Origin: Atractiella rhizophila
Taxonomy: Eukaryota
Direction: 5' to 3'
Assembly: GCA_021432655.1 (NCBI GenBank)
Contig: MU271345.1
Span: 17,828 to 72,514 of the forward strand
Length of the DNA: 54,687 bases
Below are positions 20,698 to 35,017 of this stretch, piece by piece. Position numbers and translations under genes: made by a program. The notes beneath the pieces were generated by a model. The model saw nothing but the letters and a program-made list of their open reading frames with translations. It was not told the DNA's origin and did no database searches. Positions within the stretch are counted from its first letter, which is position 1. Each line of letters starts with the position of its first letter.

Positions 20698-22642
20698 CTA
20701 AATTTTCAGCTTGTCCACTTCTTCGTCCTCAGGCACAGCCCCATTCCCAGCGTGAGAAGAAATCGAACCGTGCCTCTCCCTTCCTCGTTCCCCTTGAAAA
20801 AGCATGGCCATGACACCTCCGGCGACCCCAGGCGCGCTGCCACTTCCACTGGGATTCATGAGCGCCGGACTTCCACTCCTCGAAGCGTATCCGATCCTGG
20901 GAGAGAGGGGCATGAGTGCAATCGGAGGGATTGGAGGAGTAGAGTGGCGCGGATAGGACAGGATGGGAGAGGAGGAAAGGGAGGAGATGGAGGCGGAAGG
21001 AGAGACGGCGCGGCGTTTGAAGGAAACGGAAGGGAGGAGGTCGTCCGTCATCTTTCGTTTGAGCGGTCGTGCGAACTAAACAAGATCCCATTTGGCTCTG
21101 TTAGCCATGATACTGTGGATATGGAAACAGAAAAGAAAAACATACAGTTTCAGCCGGCATCCCGATTCCAGGAGATCCGCGACTCCTCTCTCTCTCTCTG
21201 TAGCTCGTCCAAAGTCGTCCTTTCCTGTCCACAGGGACGCCTTCTGGCGCTGATGATCCAAACACACTGCTGATGCTGTTCCTCCGCTCCTTCTCTTCGA
21301 AATCCATCATCAACGCATCTCCAGCGCCGAGACCCGCCTCATCCATCATAGCCTCGTCCTCCTCCTGCACGCCAATGGCACTTTCAAAACCACCATCATC
21401 ACTACTATCCTCATCCCTCAAACCTCCAGCGACAGAGCTCCCCGCCTCAGCTTCCCCATCGCTCCAACTCTCTGGAAACCGATTCTTGACCTCGCTCCCA
21501 CCTCCAAATCCAATTCCACTCCTTGAGCCAGATAGTGGAGCAGAAGTCATCAACCTTGCTGGGGATCCGGGAAGCGAAGCTATCTTGCGATGAAAGATTA
21601 TTTCAGATGCTGCCTCTTCCTTTCCTGGAGGAAGAGATTCGGATTCGAGTTGTTGTACGACACGGGAGTGCGCTCGAGGTTTGGGGAGAAGGTTTGGCCG
21701 CTTGACATGGCGGCGGGAAACGTGAACTCTCTGTGTCTGCCCTTGGGTTTGGAGCGCGGCGGTGGATAAGTCGGGGGTGCTTTCCCTCCTGCCTGAGGCA
21801 GTGGAAGGAGCGAGATTGTCCAGCGAAGCGGACGTAAAAGAGTAAGAGCGAAGCATCCGGAAGGCGACTGGACCGGGGCTTCCAGTGCTGGAGCTTGTGT
21901 TTGTGTTTGTTCCTGTGCATGTGTTTGGGTTGCGCGAAGGGATGGAGGGCGTAGCGAACGATTGCAGGACAGAAGCAAATCGAGCCTGTGCTTGTTCGCT
22001 ACTTCCCAAGGCAGTCGGACCAAGCTTCGCCGTCAAATACTGTTGAAATCCTAGCTCTTTGCTCTCCGATCCACTGCCAGTACCATTCGATGTAGACAAC
22101 GTCTGATCGGTCGGCGTTCCGGGTCGAGAGCCAGAAGTCGACATGCTCATGGCGATGGAATCCGAACGAGATCGAGCTTGATAGAAGGGGCGTGAGGGAA
22201 AAGGTGTGAACTGGAAAGGATTCCCCAGCTCCTCCGCCTTCTTTTCGACATCCATTCCGCCCACGCCTCCTGCGACATCTGAATCCTCTCCTTCACCTTC
22301 TTGTTCAGTAATATCGTTGCTCAGTCCAGAAGGAGGTTTGCTCCTCCACGCCCACTTTCCTCCTTCATATGTCGGTGGAACTGCAACCCCTAAACCGACG
22401 TTGATGAAGTTTGAGGGGGCGGAAATGCTCAGGGAGGAGCCTCTCCGCTGGCGGGTTAAATTTGGGGAGGCTGGGATGGAGGCAGAGGAGGGAGTTGGGG
22501 ATGAAGGAGGCTGAGCGGGAGGTTCGGGAATCGGCGAGGCAGTTTGCTTCACGGCGCCGGGAAGGTCGAGTGAATCTGGTGGTTTGAGTGACTGACCCTC
22601 CCATGTCGGATCCAATGGATGGACAGGTTGCTCATCCATCAT
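20698..22642 (-). CDS. Conserved fungal Ser/Pro-rich protein of unknown function
   Basis: Long exon with RRHVKRPNLLPKPRAHSRVVQQLESE; intron 21076-21145; last exon FARPLKRKMTDD...FKRRAVSPS. I recall both motifs from an uncharacterised fungal family. Confidence 0.8.
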
Positions 22643-23186
22643 TTTCTAGGTCGTATTACTGAGGAACAATGGATCTTTTTATCAAAGCAGGTTCTAAGAA
22701 GGACATCGATCAGTTCGGGCCGTTTGGGCAAATTAGTGCGAAGGATAGCACACCAGCTCCTGATTTTGTTCGATTGTGGTACGAGAGTGTCAGCTTGCAA
22801 TACCAATTTATGTTTGTTGTTTGGTTTGGAGGTGGAGATGAGGCAAACGAGACCAGAGCAAACAGGGACAGAAGCTGATTGATGCAGTATTGATGCTAAA
22901 GTTCAAGGTGCCACCTGGTTTGACCAATGAGTAGATTAGCGCAGAATTCAACGCCACAGACCAAAATACGCACATTAAAATTTATCCTGAGATAATTTTC
23001 ACCTCAGAAAGCCAGATTGATAAGTCCTTGGTCGTTCAGGTCGCTGCATCCCCTTCTTTCCCGCCCCGTTGGCAAAGCGAAACAATGATCAGCGGAACCT
23101 TCTTCAATGGTGTTAGGGGTATATCCGCATTGTCGGCGTCTTGTTGATCGATTTCCATCCATAACTATGTTTTTGGTGGCACAAGA

Positions 23187-24316
23187 ATGTCAACGGATAT
23201 GCCTGCAAGAAAGAAACGACGAACACGCCAGCAGTCTCCGCCTCAAGACAAGGTGATCTCAGGTCTGCCAGAAGGGTGGCAGAAAAAGGGAGTGCAGTAT
23301 TGGGAAGGGGTGGAGGCAAGCGTAGATGGTGTTCTTGGTCCACGATCTCCTTCTTTCTGACAATTGCGGCTGACACGTTACTGTAAAGGTGGATTTGGCC
23401 AAAGTGTCATTCCGCGTATGGATGCTCTGGGATCAAGAATGTTTATTCATTCGCTCTTTCCGTCCCTTTCTCCAATCCCGTCACCTACGATACAACCAGT
23501 CACATCTCTGTCTACCGCTCTGCGATCGGATCATTTCGTGGCTTTAGATGCTGGAGCGGGTATCGGACGAGTGACAAAGGGTTAGCGCTTCCCTCCTTGC
23601 GGGAAAGGAGAGCTAATGGAAGAGGAAGGAAGAGGTCCTCCTCCCACTCATGGACGAAGTTCACCTCGTGGAACCCGTCGCGAAATTTCTCGCTCAGGCG
23701 AAGAAAGAAGTTGAAGATCGAGATGGTCGATTTTCACTCCTGGATGCCTTTGCAAATGGAAAGAGGAAGAGAGTGCGAATGTTCAACGTCCCTCTTCAAG
23801 ATTTCGACCCTTCTTCCCACCCAAACGAGTGTTATTTCTCCTCCTCTTCTTCTTCTGATGAGAAAGAAGATAGGTTTGAAGGGAAATACCATTTGATCTG
23901 GATACAATGGTGTCTTCCACATCTCACGGATGCCGAGATAATTCGGTTTCTCAAGGCTTCAAAAGCTGCTCTTACAGAAGGAGGCTATGTTTGTGTGAAA
24001 GAGAACTTGGTGATGGAGGGAGTAGAGAGTCTGAGGGATGAAGAGGACTGGAGCGTTACTCGGTTCGTCTCTCACATCCGCTTCCCTTCTGCATTCAGAT
24101 GGCAAAATAATTACGTGTTGAATCACGCTACAGGAGCGAGAAAGATTATAGAAACCTTTTTGCGGCCGCTGAGATGAAGCTAATTCGTGTAGAGCTGCAA
24201 AGAGGCTTTCCGGAGGAATGCTTTGCTGTTAAAATGTGTGCACATCATTTTCCCTTCTGTTTCAATTGCACAATAATCTTATCCACCAACTTGGGCTCAG
24301 GTTCGCACTGCAATGA
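23187..24316 (+). CDS. NTM1: Alpha N-terminal protein methyltransferase 1 (NTM1/Tae1)
   Basis: YWEGVEASVDGVLGGFG, ALDAGAGIGRVTK, YHLIWIQWCLPHLTD, CVKEN, DWSVTR, QRGFPEECFAVKMFALQ-TGA. Confidence 0.92.
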
Positions 24317-24879
24317 TTACCTTTTTGGACCTTCAATTCACCAATTGAACCCCTTTATTTTGTTGCATACGGACAACATCAACGGAAATCTGGGCAATAT
24401 TGCGAGGCCAGCGTAATTTGATCAAGTTTGCATCTTCTTGTTGAAACTCACTAGCCCAGATCTCTGCAATCCAAGGTCTTTATGACTTTTCTTCTCCTGT
24501 TCATCTGCGTGTCAGGGAAATTAGCGTGGAAATGATGACTGTCACGTGTGTTCGGAAGTACGGGGCTTTCATCGTCCGCACTACAAGAACCCCACTCTCC
24601 AAGAGGCTGCTCCAAACGACGAAGCCAGTAATTTCGACCCTGCCCCCTTTCCTCGCTAGTGAGACCAACTTCTCGTTCTTATCCTCCGGAAGAGTTTTTA
24701 CGAGCTCAAGTTCTCCGTCCGTCACCAGCCCCATACCGCCTAAAACAACTCCAACCACCAACTAACAAGTCTAGCAACAAGTCAACCGACGTTCTTTCAG
24801 ACCTTCTTTCCTAAATTGCACAGCTTCACCAGCTACTACATATATTCTACGATTGTCGATTTTCAGATTTGACTCAGAC

Positions 24880-25816
24880 ATGGCCGCCAAATATCTCTCC
24901 GTCGTCGTCCCCGCCCTCTTGACTCTCCTGGCGAAAGCAAACGCCGCTGTCACTCCCACTGGTCCAGCGCCTGGAGCTGTCTTCAAGGAAGGAGGAGATT
25001 GTACCATTACCTGGGATGCGGACAAGACCGGGGAGTGGACGGATCTGAAGATCCAGTTGATGAATGGCGACAATTTCAACATGATTCCTCGTACGTCTCT
25101 CTCCCCTTCCTTCAAAGAGGGCCAAGGGGGTCGTGTTGACGATTTTCTTTGTGTGGAATAGTGGAGACTGTCGTCACTGGATTGGACGGAACGAAGTCCC
25201 CTGGACAATACACTTGGACCTGCCCTGACGTTAACCTCAACGCCCCCATCTTTTTCTACGAATTCACCAACGGAGCCGTAGAGACCGGAGAAGGCAACGT
25301 CTTCTGGACTGGAAGGTGGACCATTGCGGACGCTGATGGAAACTCTGTGCGTTTCTGTCCCCTCTCTCCTTTGACGTTGCTAAATATATTCGTACTGCAG
25401 GTTGCAGCCCCCAACACTGACAAGGTACATCGGTACTGCTTTTCAGCGTGAAGCTTTACTGACATGGTGGGCTGATAATTCAGGACGGAAACGGAAACCC
25501 GTACAACTGGGGAGTGACCACTCTTGCTGGTGCATCATCCAACAGCACTACCACGACCAACAGCAGCAACTCAACGACTGCTTCGCAGACAAGCAGCAGT
25601 TCAAGCACTGGCAATTCTGCCGCCCCCGCGGAGACGCTCAGCACCGGCAGCAGTGACGAGGCGTCTAAGACCACGAGCACTAGCAGCCAGCAGACGACTG
25701 GCAGCAGCGCACAGCAGGGATCTGGAACCTCCCAGAATGACAATTCCGCCGCCAATGTTCTCAGCGCTGGAATCTTCAGTGTTATGCTCGCCGTCGCTGG
25801 ACTTGCGACCCTCTAA
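24880..25816 (+). CDS. Secreted Ser/Thr-rich, probably GPI-anchored cell-wall protein with a Kre9/KNH-like N-terminal domain
   Basis: Signal peptide; PTGPAPGAVFKEGGDCTITWDAD..W..LKIQLMNG; YTWTCPDV...IFFYEF; S/T stalk; hydrophobic tail NSAANVLSAGIFSVMLAVAGLATL. Confidence 0.85.
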
Positions 25817-26376
25817 GCGATGAGCTGGAGGTGGAGGTACTTGGAGAGAGATGGACTCTTCAGTGGTTGAGGTTGTTTCCTGTCCATATCTTCCTCGTCC
25901 ATCTTTTGGGACTCACCCTCGCTTCGCCCCGAATCAACTCAGGTCATCTGAACGACTTACAACGTCGAACGGTTAGATACCCTTCTTCGACCTTCTTATC
26001 TTACTCTTGGTATTTCTTGACTTAAATATTTTGCGGGTTTGTGCTTTAATTGTCGAGTAATACTTTCAGTGCTTTGGGAATGGATTATCGATGATCAGCT
26101 CGCATACTTGTTCCCGCTCCCTCATACATCCCTAACATCCATTGGCATTTCTTTAACCACTGTTAATGGATTTAATCAGTGTGAATGAAAGATAAATGCA
26201 ACAGAGGCGTGTGGAAGCGGCCCCTAGAGTCATAAGCTGCCCCCTAACCGCGTTTCCGCTTCCCTGCGGTACAGCTGTGCATTCTGACAACGACCACGGC
26301 TCAATTCTCACCAACTGCTCCAGCACACGAACCAACCCTCATCAGCAGCGTTTGAGGGCCTCCCAAGGAGTTCAAC

Positions 26377-29300
26377 ATGGACCCTTTTTCTCCGAGTACG
26401 AACACACGAGCGCAACAGTTCGCTCTTGACGATGATTTCGGTCTGGACCAGAATCCTGCGAATTATGGGGGAGGGAAATCTGCGAATCCGCTGGGACCGG
26501 GAATGGATCCTGAAGGGGCGAGGAGGAGGATGTGGGAGATGGAGGGAGATGGAGAGGAGCAGAGGTTCGTCTCTTCTCCTAACCGGAGAACCCCAGGCGT
26601 GTTCGAGGGTACATAGTCGTGAGCGCCTACAAATGGCAGGAGGCATTGTCCATCACGTCTCCTTGCGCAGCAGTGACCTGCTTGCAGTCTTTAGGCTGTG
26701 GTCCCCTCCAGCCTACGTAAGATGAAACACTGGCATGTCTGCACTCCTGCCAAGACTCACTTGCGCGAGCAAGTTTACTTTGCTCCATCGTGTTGAATAC
26801 TACTCCTTGATTCTTACCAATCCTTTTTTTACACCTGGGAAGCATGATGAACACAAGCTGATACACTGCAATAGTGGTCCTTACACAGGTCCACGGTACT
26901 ACGACACTCCTCCACGTCCAGGCTTCCACCCCGCCGAATCCATGGATTCCGGGCTTCCCCTCACACAGGCGGCAGCTCCACCAGCACAACAGTCTTCAGA
27001 CAGCTTCCGTTGGGATGAAGATGACGAAGAAATGATGGGTATCAACGCTGCGAAACGAGAGAATTCAATGAGCAATCTTCAGCTCAATGGGAAGGGAAAG
27101 CGGAAGCGGGGGATCGTAGAGACGCTCAAGGAGTGGGCGGACGATTTTGGGAAAAGCGGCTCGAAACAGAATATGGAGGGAGAGAGGAAGATTTATATCA
27201 ATAATCCGCCCCTGAATGAGCAGCAAAAATTTAGGAATAATACGGTCTCAACGAGCAAGTATAACGTCGTCACCTTTCTGCCCAAATTCCTGTTTGGTAC
27301 GTGTTCCTTTCTATCCCCCTGTCTTGCTCTCAGCTAGGAAAGTTGCTGAGAAAATTGATGAACAGAACAATTCTCGAAATACGCCAATTTGTTCTTTCTC
27401 TTCACCGTCATCATCCAACAAATCCCCGGCGTTTCGCCCACCAATCGATACACGACCATCGCACCTCTTTCACTCGTACTTCTCGTCGCTGCATTCAAGG
27501 AAATTCAAGAAGACCTTAAGCGACATCAATCCGATGCGGAACTCAATGCACGAAAAACTCAGGTTTTGGTCGGAAGTCAGTTTGTGGAAAGGACGTGGAA
27601 GAATGTGAAAGTGGGGGATATCGTCAGGCTCACCAATAACGACTTTTTCCCCTCTGATCTGCTCATTCTGTCGTCAAGCGAGCCAGAGGGATTGTGTTAT
27701 ATTGAGACAGCCAATCTTGACGGGTTCGTCATTTCGTTGCTCGTAGAGTGTTGCTGAGGGAGACTGTAGCGAAACGAACTTGAAGATTAAGCAAGCGAGT
27801 CCATCAACAGCAGACCTTACTTCTCCCGCCCAAGTTGCTCGTCTACAGGGTCACTTGCGCTCCGAACAGCCCAACAACTCTCTCTACACGTACGAAGGGA
27901 CAATGGTCCTTCAAACATCCTCTTTAACGACTAAAGACGTTCCCGTCGACCCTACCCAGCTCCTCCTCCGCGGTGCTCAGCTGCGAAACACCCAGTGGAT
28001 GTATGGCCTTGTCGTCTTCACTGGACACGAAACGAAACTCTTTAGGAACGCTACGGCGACCCCAATCAAGAAAACGAATGTCGAAAAACTCGTCAACAAA
28101 CAAATTCTCTTCCTCTTCATCCTCCTGCTCCTTCTCTCCGTCGGAAGTTCCGCTGGATCGTTCATTCGCACTTTCTCTTTCTCTGACGAACTCTGGTACC
28201 TTCTACTTGACGAATCGTCGCAGAATAAAGCAAAGAGCTTCGTGGAAGATGTCTTGACGTTCCTGATCTTATATAACAACTTGATTCCTATCTCGTATGT
28301 CTCCCCCTTCATTTTGCCACACATTGCTGATGGGCGAACAGTCTCATTGTCACCGTCGAAGTAGTGAAGTTCCAACAGGCTATCCTCATCAACAGTGACC
28401 TGGACATGTACTATCCACCAACGGACACTCCTGCCGTCTGCCGCACATCGTCTCTCGTGGAAGAGTTGGGTCAAATTGAATACGTCTTTTCGGACAAAAC
28501 TGGGACGCTGACGCGAAACGAGATGGAGTTCCGAGAATGCTCAATTGGCGGGATCCCCTATGCGGATACGGTAGATGAGAATAGGAAAGGAGAAGTTTTC
28601 AGCTTCGCGGAGATGAGGAATAATCTGGCCAATGGACATGAGACCGCAAAGACCATTGACGAATTCATCACCCTCCTCGCTACTTGTCACACGGTTATTC
28701 CGGAGATCAAGGATGAGAAGATCACCTACCAGGCCAGTAGTCCGGATGAAGCTGCTCTCGTCGCCGGAGCGGAAAGTTTGGGATACGTCTTCACGGTTTG
28801 TTGTTTCCTCCATCAATGGTATGCAGCTGAAGCATCAAATAGACTAGGAAACCTCAATCAGTATACATCAAACGTTTCGGCATAGAGCAGGAGTATCAAG
28901 TCCTCAATATCCTCGAGTTCAATAGCACCAGGAAGAGAATGTCAAGCATTCTTCGATGCCCTGACGGAACGATCAAACTTTACTGCAAAGGAGCGGACAC
29001 GGTCATTCTCGAGAGATTGAGTGAGAATCAGCTCTACGTCGAGGCCACCACCACGCATCTCGAGGTGAGTAATCAGCTGTTGCCTAATATCACCCATTCT
29101 AATTGAGACGGCTTAGGATTACGCTACTGAAGGACTTCGAACACTCTGTATAGCAATGCGAGAAATCCCAGAGGAAGAATACCGCCGCTGGTCTCAAATT
29201 TACGACAAAGCAGCAGCGACCATCAACGGGCGAGGGGAAGCTCTGGACAAAGCTGCTGAACTCATTGAGAAGAACCTCTTCCTTCTTGGAGCGACAGCCA

Positions 29301-31346
29301 TTGAGGATAAGCTCCAGGAGGGTGTACCTGATACGATCTACACCTTACAGCAGGCTGGAATCAAGGTCTGGGTCCTCACTGGTGACAGGCAAGAAACGGC
29401 TATCAATATTGGTCTTTCCTGCAGATTGATCTCCGAGTCCATGACCTTGGTTCGTCTCCCATTGCCAAAACTTGTGTGAGCTTAGTGGGCTGCAGGTAAT
29501 CGTCAACGAAGAAAATGCTAATGACACACGGGAGTTCTTGACAAAGCGTTTACAAGCAATCCAGGCCCAACGCGAAAGTGGAACAGACCTTGAAGAACTA
29601 GCTCTGATCATCGGTATGCATTCAGCATATTCTCAGTTATGAAAGCTGATCCAGCCCGGGCAGACGGAAAGAGCTTGACTTTCGCTTTGGAAAAGGATCT
29701 CTCGAAACTCTTTCTCGATCTTGCTGTCATGTGCAAGGCCGTCGTTTGCTGCCGTGTCTCCCCCTTACAAAAAGCCCTCGTCGTCAAGCTCGTGAAGAAG
29801 AACAAAAAAGCTCTTCTGCTCGCCATTGGTGACGGTGCCAACGATGTCAGCATGATCCAGGCGGCCCATATTGGAGTTGGTATATCGGGAGTGGAAGGAC
29901 TTCAAGCTGCCAGGAGCGCCGATGTCGCGATTAGCCAGTTTAGATACTTGAAGAAGCTCCTGCTTGTTCATGGAACATGGAGCTACCAGCGATTGAGCCG
30001 ACTTATCCTGTACACGTGAGCTCCCTCCCCTTGCTTGACGAGCCCATTTCTCATTCCGCTGCAGTTTCTACAAAAACATTGCCTGTGAGCACTCCGTCCA
30101 AGTTGAACAGTCGATCAAACTTAGATTTCCTTGACAGTGTACCTGACTAATTTCTGGGTGAAGATCACTTGTTTTCCCTAATCTGTAGCGTTGCTGACTG
30201 TGATTCGCAGTTCTCCTTCTTCAACTCGTTCTCCGGACAGGTTCTCTTCGAGTCTTGGACGTTGACGTTTTACAATGTACTTTTCACGTGCGATTTTCGC
30301 CCCAGCTTCGGTGGCCTAGCTGACTGTCGCCTTTAGCGTTCTCCCACCAGTGGTGATTGGAGTTTTTGACCAATTTGTCGGTGCCCGGATGCTTGACCGG
30401 TATCCGGAGTTGTACACACTGGGACAACGGAATGCGTTTGTGCGTCGTGCCAGTCATCTCCTTTACTTCTGCGGTTGATGTGTTGCCGTTTCTACAGTTC
30501 AGCACCAGAATTTTCTGGCAATGGATTGCCAATGCCCTGTACCACTCCGTTGTACGTGTCGCGCTCCACCCCTGTAATAACTCTAATTAAAGATCGGGAA
30601 CTCCCAGGCTATCTTCGGTATTGGTCTGTTGGTGTTCTGGGATGAATTGATTCTGGCCCAAGGGTGGATTGCTGGACAGTGGATTTTCGGTACCGCAGTT
30701 TATGTCGCGGTCCTTATCCTCGTTCTCGGAAAAGCAGCATTGCTCACAGAGTGCGTATTACTTGATGAATCTCCGTAACCTGATCACCAACTTCGATTCA
30801 GCCTGTGGACAAAGTACAGCTTGATTGCTATCCCGGGCTCTCTCGCCTTCACTTTCATTTATTTGCCGGTGTATCAGATCGTTGCTCCACTCATCGGCTT
30901 CTCGTTGGAGTACGACCAGATCGTCCCGAGGCTTTGGTCTTCCTTAGTTTTTTGGCTCTTCATCATTGGGCTCCCTGTTCTGATGTTGATCCGGGATTTC
31001 GCCTGGAAATCGTACGTCTTTGGCGTTCGGTGGACCATGAAACATCATTGACGATTTTCACGTAGGTACAAACGGCTGTTCCGCCCAGAACCATACCATT
31101 TGGTGCAGGAGATTCAGATTCTGAATCTCCCCGACTTCCGTCCCCGAATGGACCAGTTCCAAAAGGTTCGCTTCTTCAATCTAACCTTGACAACAAGAAG
31201 TGATCACCGTTTTCCAGGCTATCAAAAAAGTGCGAGCCGTCCAACGCTTACGCAGAAACCGCGGTTTTGCTTTCTCGCAGACAGAGGAGGGCCAGGCGGA
31301 CCTTATCCGTCAATACGATACCACACTTCAGAAGCGGGAAGGATAG
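26377..31346 (+). CDS. DRS2: P4-type phospholipid-translocating ATPase (aminophospholipid flippase)
   Basis: LDGETNLK, PISL, DKTGTLT, SSPDE, KGAD, LTGD, GDGAND. C-terminal RGFAFSQ autoregulatory motif typical of Drs2/ATP8A. Stop TAG at 31344-31346. Confidence 0.95.
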
Positions 31347-31907
31347 GTATGTGGCCTGTCCCAGTTGTAGGAATCGTGACCTAATTTCCGCCACAGTGCG
31401 GACGGCAGTTTACCTCTTCGTTCTTGCTCTTAGACATTCGGCAACATACCCTTTAGCACTTCCATGATGCTTCCCCTGGACGATTAGTTCTTACTTCTGA
31501 AGCAGTATAGTTATGGATTCGATGTCGATCTCGTTAACGTATCCTTTGTGTCCTTTGTTTTGATTGTCCAAATAGGAAACTTTGAAATCAGAATTAATTG
31601 ATTCAATTCAACCTGTCGTTTGCCCGCGTTCTTCTTATTGTTCCACTATTGTTCTACTTTGTATTCCATGACACCACCGGCCATCGTTGAAGTCAAAGCG
31701 CTTTTTCGGTCGCGGTGACGGGTTCAAGCGGTTCGAGACTGCTCCTTTCAGTGTCGAGGTCGTCCGGACGTAGGGTCATGTAACGTTTGTGACGGTTCAG
31801 ACTTGGGTGCCAAATCATTTTTAGGCTCGGCGGTCAAGTCACGTTGTCCCCCTCACAATAATATAAACGGCTATCCCCTTGGGCAACAACATACAAGATA
31901 TCGCATC

Positions 31908-33546
31908 ATGGCTACCCAGTTCCTCAGCATTTTAGCAATACCAGGCCCTCAGTTCGCAAGACGTTCCTCATTTTCTTCCGTTTGTTCATCTCTTTTCGAT
32001 AATCGGTCTACTTGCTCTTTAAACAACTTCACTGAGGTGGAAGAGGTCTCTCCCTCCGTCCCGGTCATGGGTACTATCGCTATCACAGCGCGAGAGCGGC
32101 TTCCGCTTGAACTTTGGGATCACATCTTCGAGTTCGTAGGGGAGCTGCATGCTGGAAAAAGGCAGCTTTGTAGATTGGCAACTGTTTGCAGGCTTTGGTT
32201 GGTAGGCTAACTTCTTTCCTGCAAAGGAACCTGACGATGAACGGCAACAGGAACCCATTCGAAGATGCCTGTTCAGACGAATCTTACTTAACTCTCTTCC
32301 AAGAGCGGAAAAGTTGCAACATTGTCTAACAGAAGCACCATATCTTTCTACCCTCATTTCCGAGCTCGAAATCGATCCTAAAGCCTGCCGAAGGTCGTTG
32401 ATGTTTCCAACCGACGAAGCTCGAGACGAATTGACAGATACCACGCTAGACATTTGGGAACGAATCGTGGTTGACCTCCTTTGTTCCTGTTCAGACATCC
32501 GCAAACTATCCACCCGCAACCTTCGAGATACACTCCTGCTAAATTCTTCTGTTCCATGGGAATCATTGGGTCTTCAAGACTTTTCTTTCGCCAACTACGC
32601 CGGTAAAGCCACTAGTGACATCTGTCATATCTTGGAACGCCTACGCCGAGGCATGTCCAGTCTACAAAGACTGCACATCAGCGTTTCTAGTGCCGATCCC
32701 GCTTTCATTTTCCCACAATTCGTTGCTCCTGTCCTGCACACGCTTTCACTCGATCACGCCAATTTATCCGCTGTCCACCTAATGAGCTTCCTCAGGTCTT
32801 GCCCTGGTCTCTCCAACCTCTCCCTCACCCGCTTGCGACTAGTGTCAAGAGATGAAATAGAGTTGGAGGAGTTGTTTGAATATATGATAAAGTTGGATCT
32901 CACGGAGCTTGTGCTGAGCAGCGGCTACGGTGCGAGAACCATCCCATTTTCACTCCTTCGGGCTATACCACAAGATGCCAGTATGGACACATCGGACGAC
33001 ACGGACGACGACCTTTTCTCAGACCTGGATTCAGAGGATGAGATACTCTCCGCAATGGGACTTGACCACAGGACTCTGTCATCACAGGACGTAGACATGG
33101 TCCACTTCCACAGCCTCTCTTTCGTGCAGTCTCTTCTCGCGAGTCTGCTCCGGTCTGCTACCTCCCTTCGCTCCCTGTCTCTCTTCGGACCACTCTTTTC
33201 TCCCTCTTCCATCTTATCTGTGCTCCCGTCCTCCATCGAAACCATCTGCCTCGCTTATGAATCTCCAGATCGACATCTCGCTCTCGGCAAACCAATCAAA
33301 ATCTTCCCATTCCGGACAACCCCTTGTATTTCGGGGTCCTGTCTGAAAAATGGGGAGGAAGGAAGCTCACTACCTATTGCAACCTTCGTAAAATTTCTAA
33401 GGGAGAAAAAAAATTTGGAGCGGTTGAGGACGATGAAGATCTCTGGAGTAGGGTGGAACTCTGAAGGAGTCAATAGGGCAAAGGCTGTAGCGGCTTGGAG
33501 GTGGATCAAGATTGATTGTAATGTTGGAGGAACAGGATGGGCATGA
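31908..33546 (+). CDS. F-box protein with RNI-like/LRR C-terminus
   Basis: LPLELWDHIFEFV...LCRLATVCRLW F-box pattern; repeated LxxLxL units (LQRLHI, LHTLSL, LSNLSL, LRSLSL); TATAAA at 31862. Confidence 0.75.
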
Positions 33547-35017
33547 CATCCCATCATCAATTTTTCTCGTTTCATGCCTCAAATTTCGATCAAACTGATT
33601 TCTGATGACGACTTGCTACGTTTTTCGCTGGCACCTGTTGTATGTCCCACCGCCCTAGATCGCTATTATCTTAGCGTCTTGTACATTACGCATTCAGATC
33701 CAACTCAATCATAATTTATTGCTCCAAATCTTGAGAAGTCTGGAAGTTCAGTTCAAAATATACCAAGTCAGGCTCCACCCGCAAACTTGAATGATTCAGA
33801 GAATGGAAGATTGAAGGAGGCTATCAGACATGTTAAATGACCCAAGCTAGAACTGTCCGAAGAATGACAGCTTATGCGAATGCAATTAGTGTTAAAACTC
33901 TGGCGCTTTATAGGACGCGTAGGACACGTTGGCTTTGATACTCCCATGGGCCATGGTTCAACACGGCACAGAAAACTGACGCGCGAGTCGAGACCTTGAG
34001 ATATCCAGATATCGCACACGCTGCTCCATAACGCTGAAATCCTCCATATCCGCCATATGGTGCTTGTGCACTCTTGCAACATTCCTTTCAGTCTCATCCT
34101 CTTGAACATTCCCACAGCCATGCCCAGAGCCTTCGCCACCCACACCCACATTGTCACTCGTGTCTCGTGTACGCTGTGAGGCAAGTGTGTACGTACGAAG
34201 ACGCCAACCTTTTCATGTGACGTAAGTACGTAATGAATCCGCAGCCTTCGTGCCCAATAAAATCTCCAGGCGTCTTTCAGTGCCAGATTTTCCCTGGTGT
34301 TATAGTAACCTGCCTATTAGACGGGCATAAAAGCTCAAGAAAGGCAGAAGTTCCAGTGGCACAGAAGTCTGAAGGAGGAGGAGTGAGCTTTCAATTGGAA
34401 TAAGTACGCTTTTTCTTCATTCAGAAAGGTCTGTGCATGCCAGATCAAAGGCACCGTCCTTTGAGCTGCAAAGATAATGTATTCATGGAGTCAGCACGTA
34501 GATCGACTTTGGGTGGTAATCCCGTGTCTGCTCGATTTTCCCCCAATCTCCTACACCAGCCAATAACCACGAAGGAGGTCACCTTCACAAGCGCTTTTAA
34601 AAGTTTTGCGCAACCGCTATTCATTCTTGAATACGGCACTGCTTGCTATAATGAGTTTGGATAATGAAAGCGGTATGGATGGGTAAAGTTCCGATTAGAC
34701 GGCACTTCACTCCAGCGGAGTACCGATGAATGGTCGCAGGTTCATTGATAAGGACTTTGAATGTTTCTTGCTTTGATATCGTCTCCTTAGAACGAGACAA
34801 ATAAATAATAAAGATGACTATCATGATGGACAACTTGAAGATGATAGCAGGCATGGGTCCACATGGAATGGGAAGACAGCGTGCGGCTTCCGTATCTCCT
34901 TGACCGCGTTTGGAGTTTCCCCTCCTCGACAATTACTATAAACGGTATTCTAGCTTACTTGATTTTCTCTTCACAGGACTACTCCGTATTTCTCGCTCCC
35001 CGTCTCCACAACCAGCC

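Noticed and set aside
33768..34184. 138-aa minus-strand ORF
   Set aside because: No motif and atypical composition; likely intergenic.
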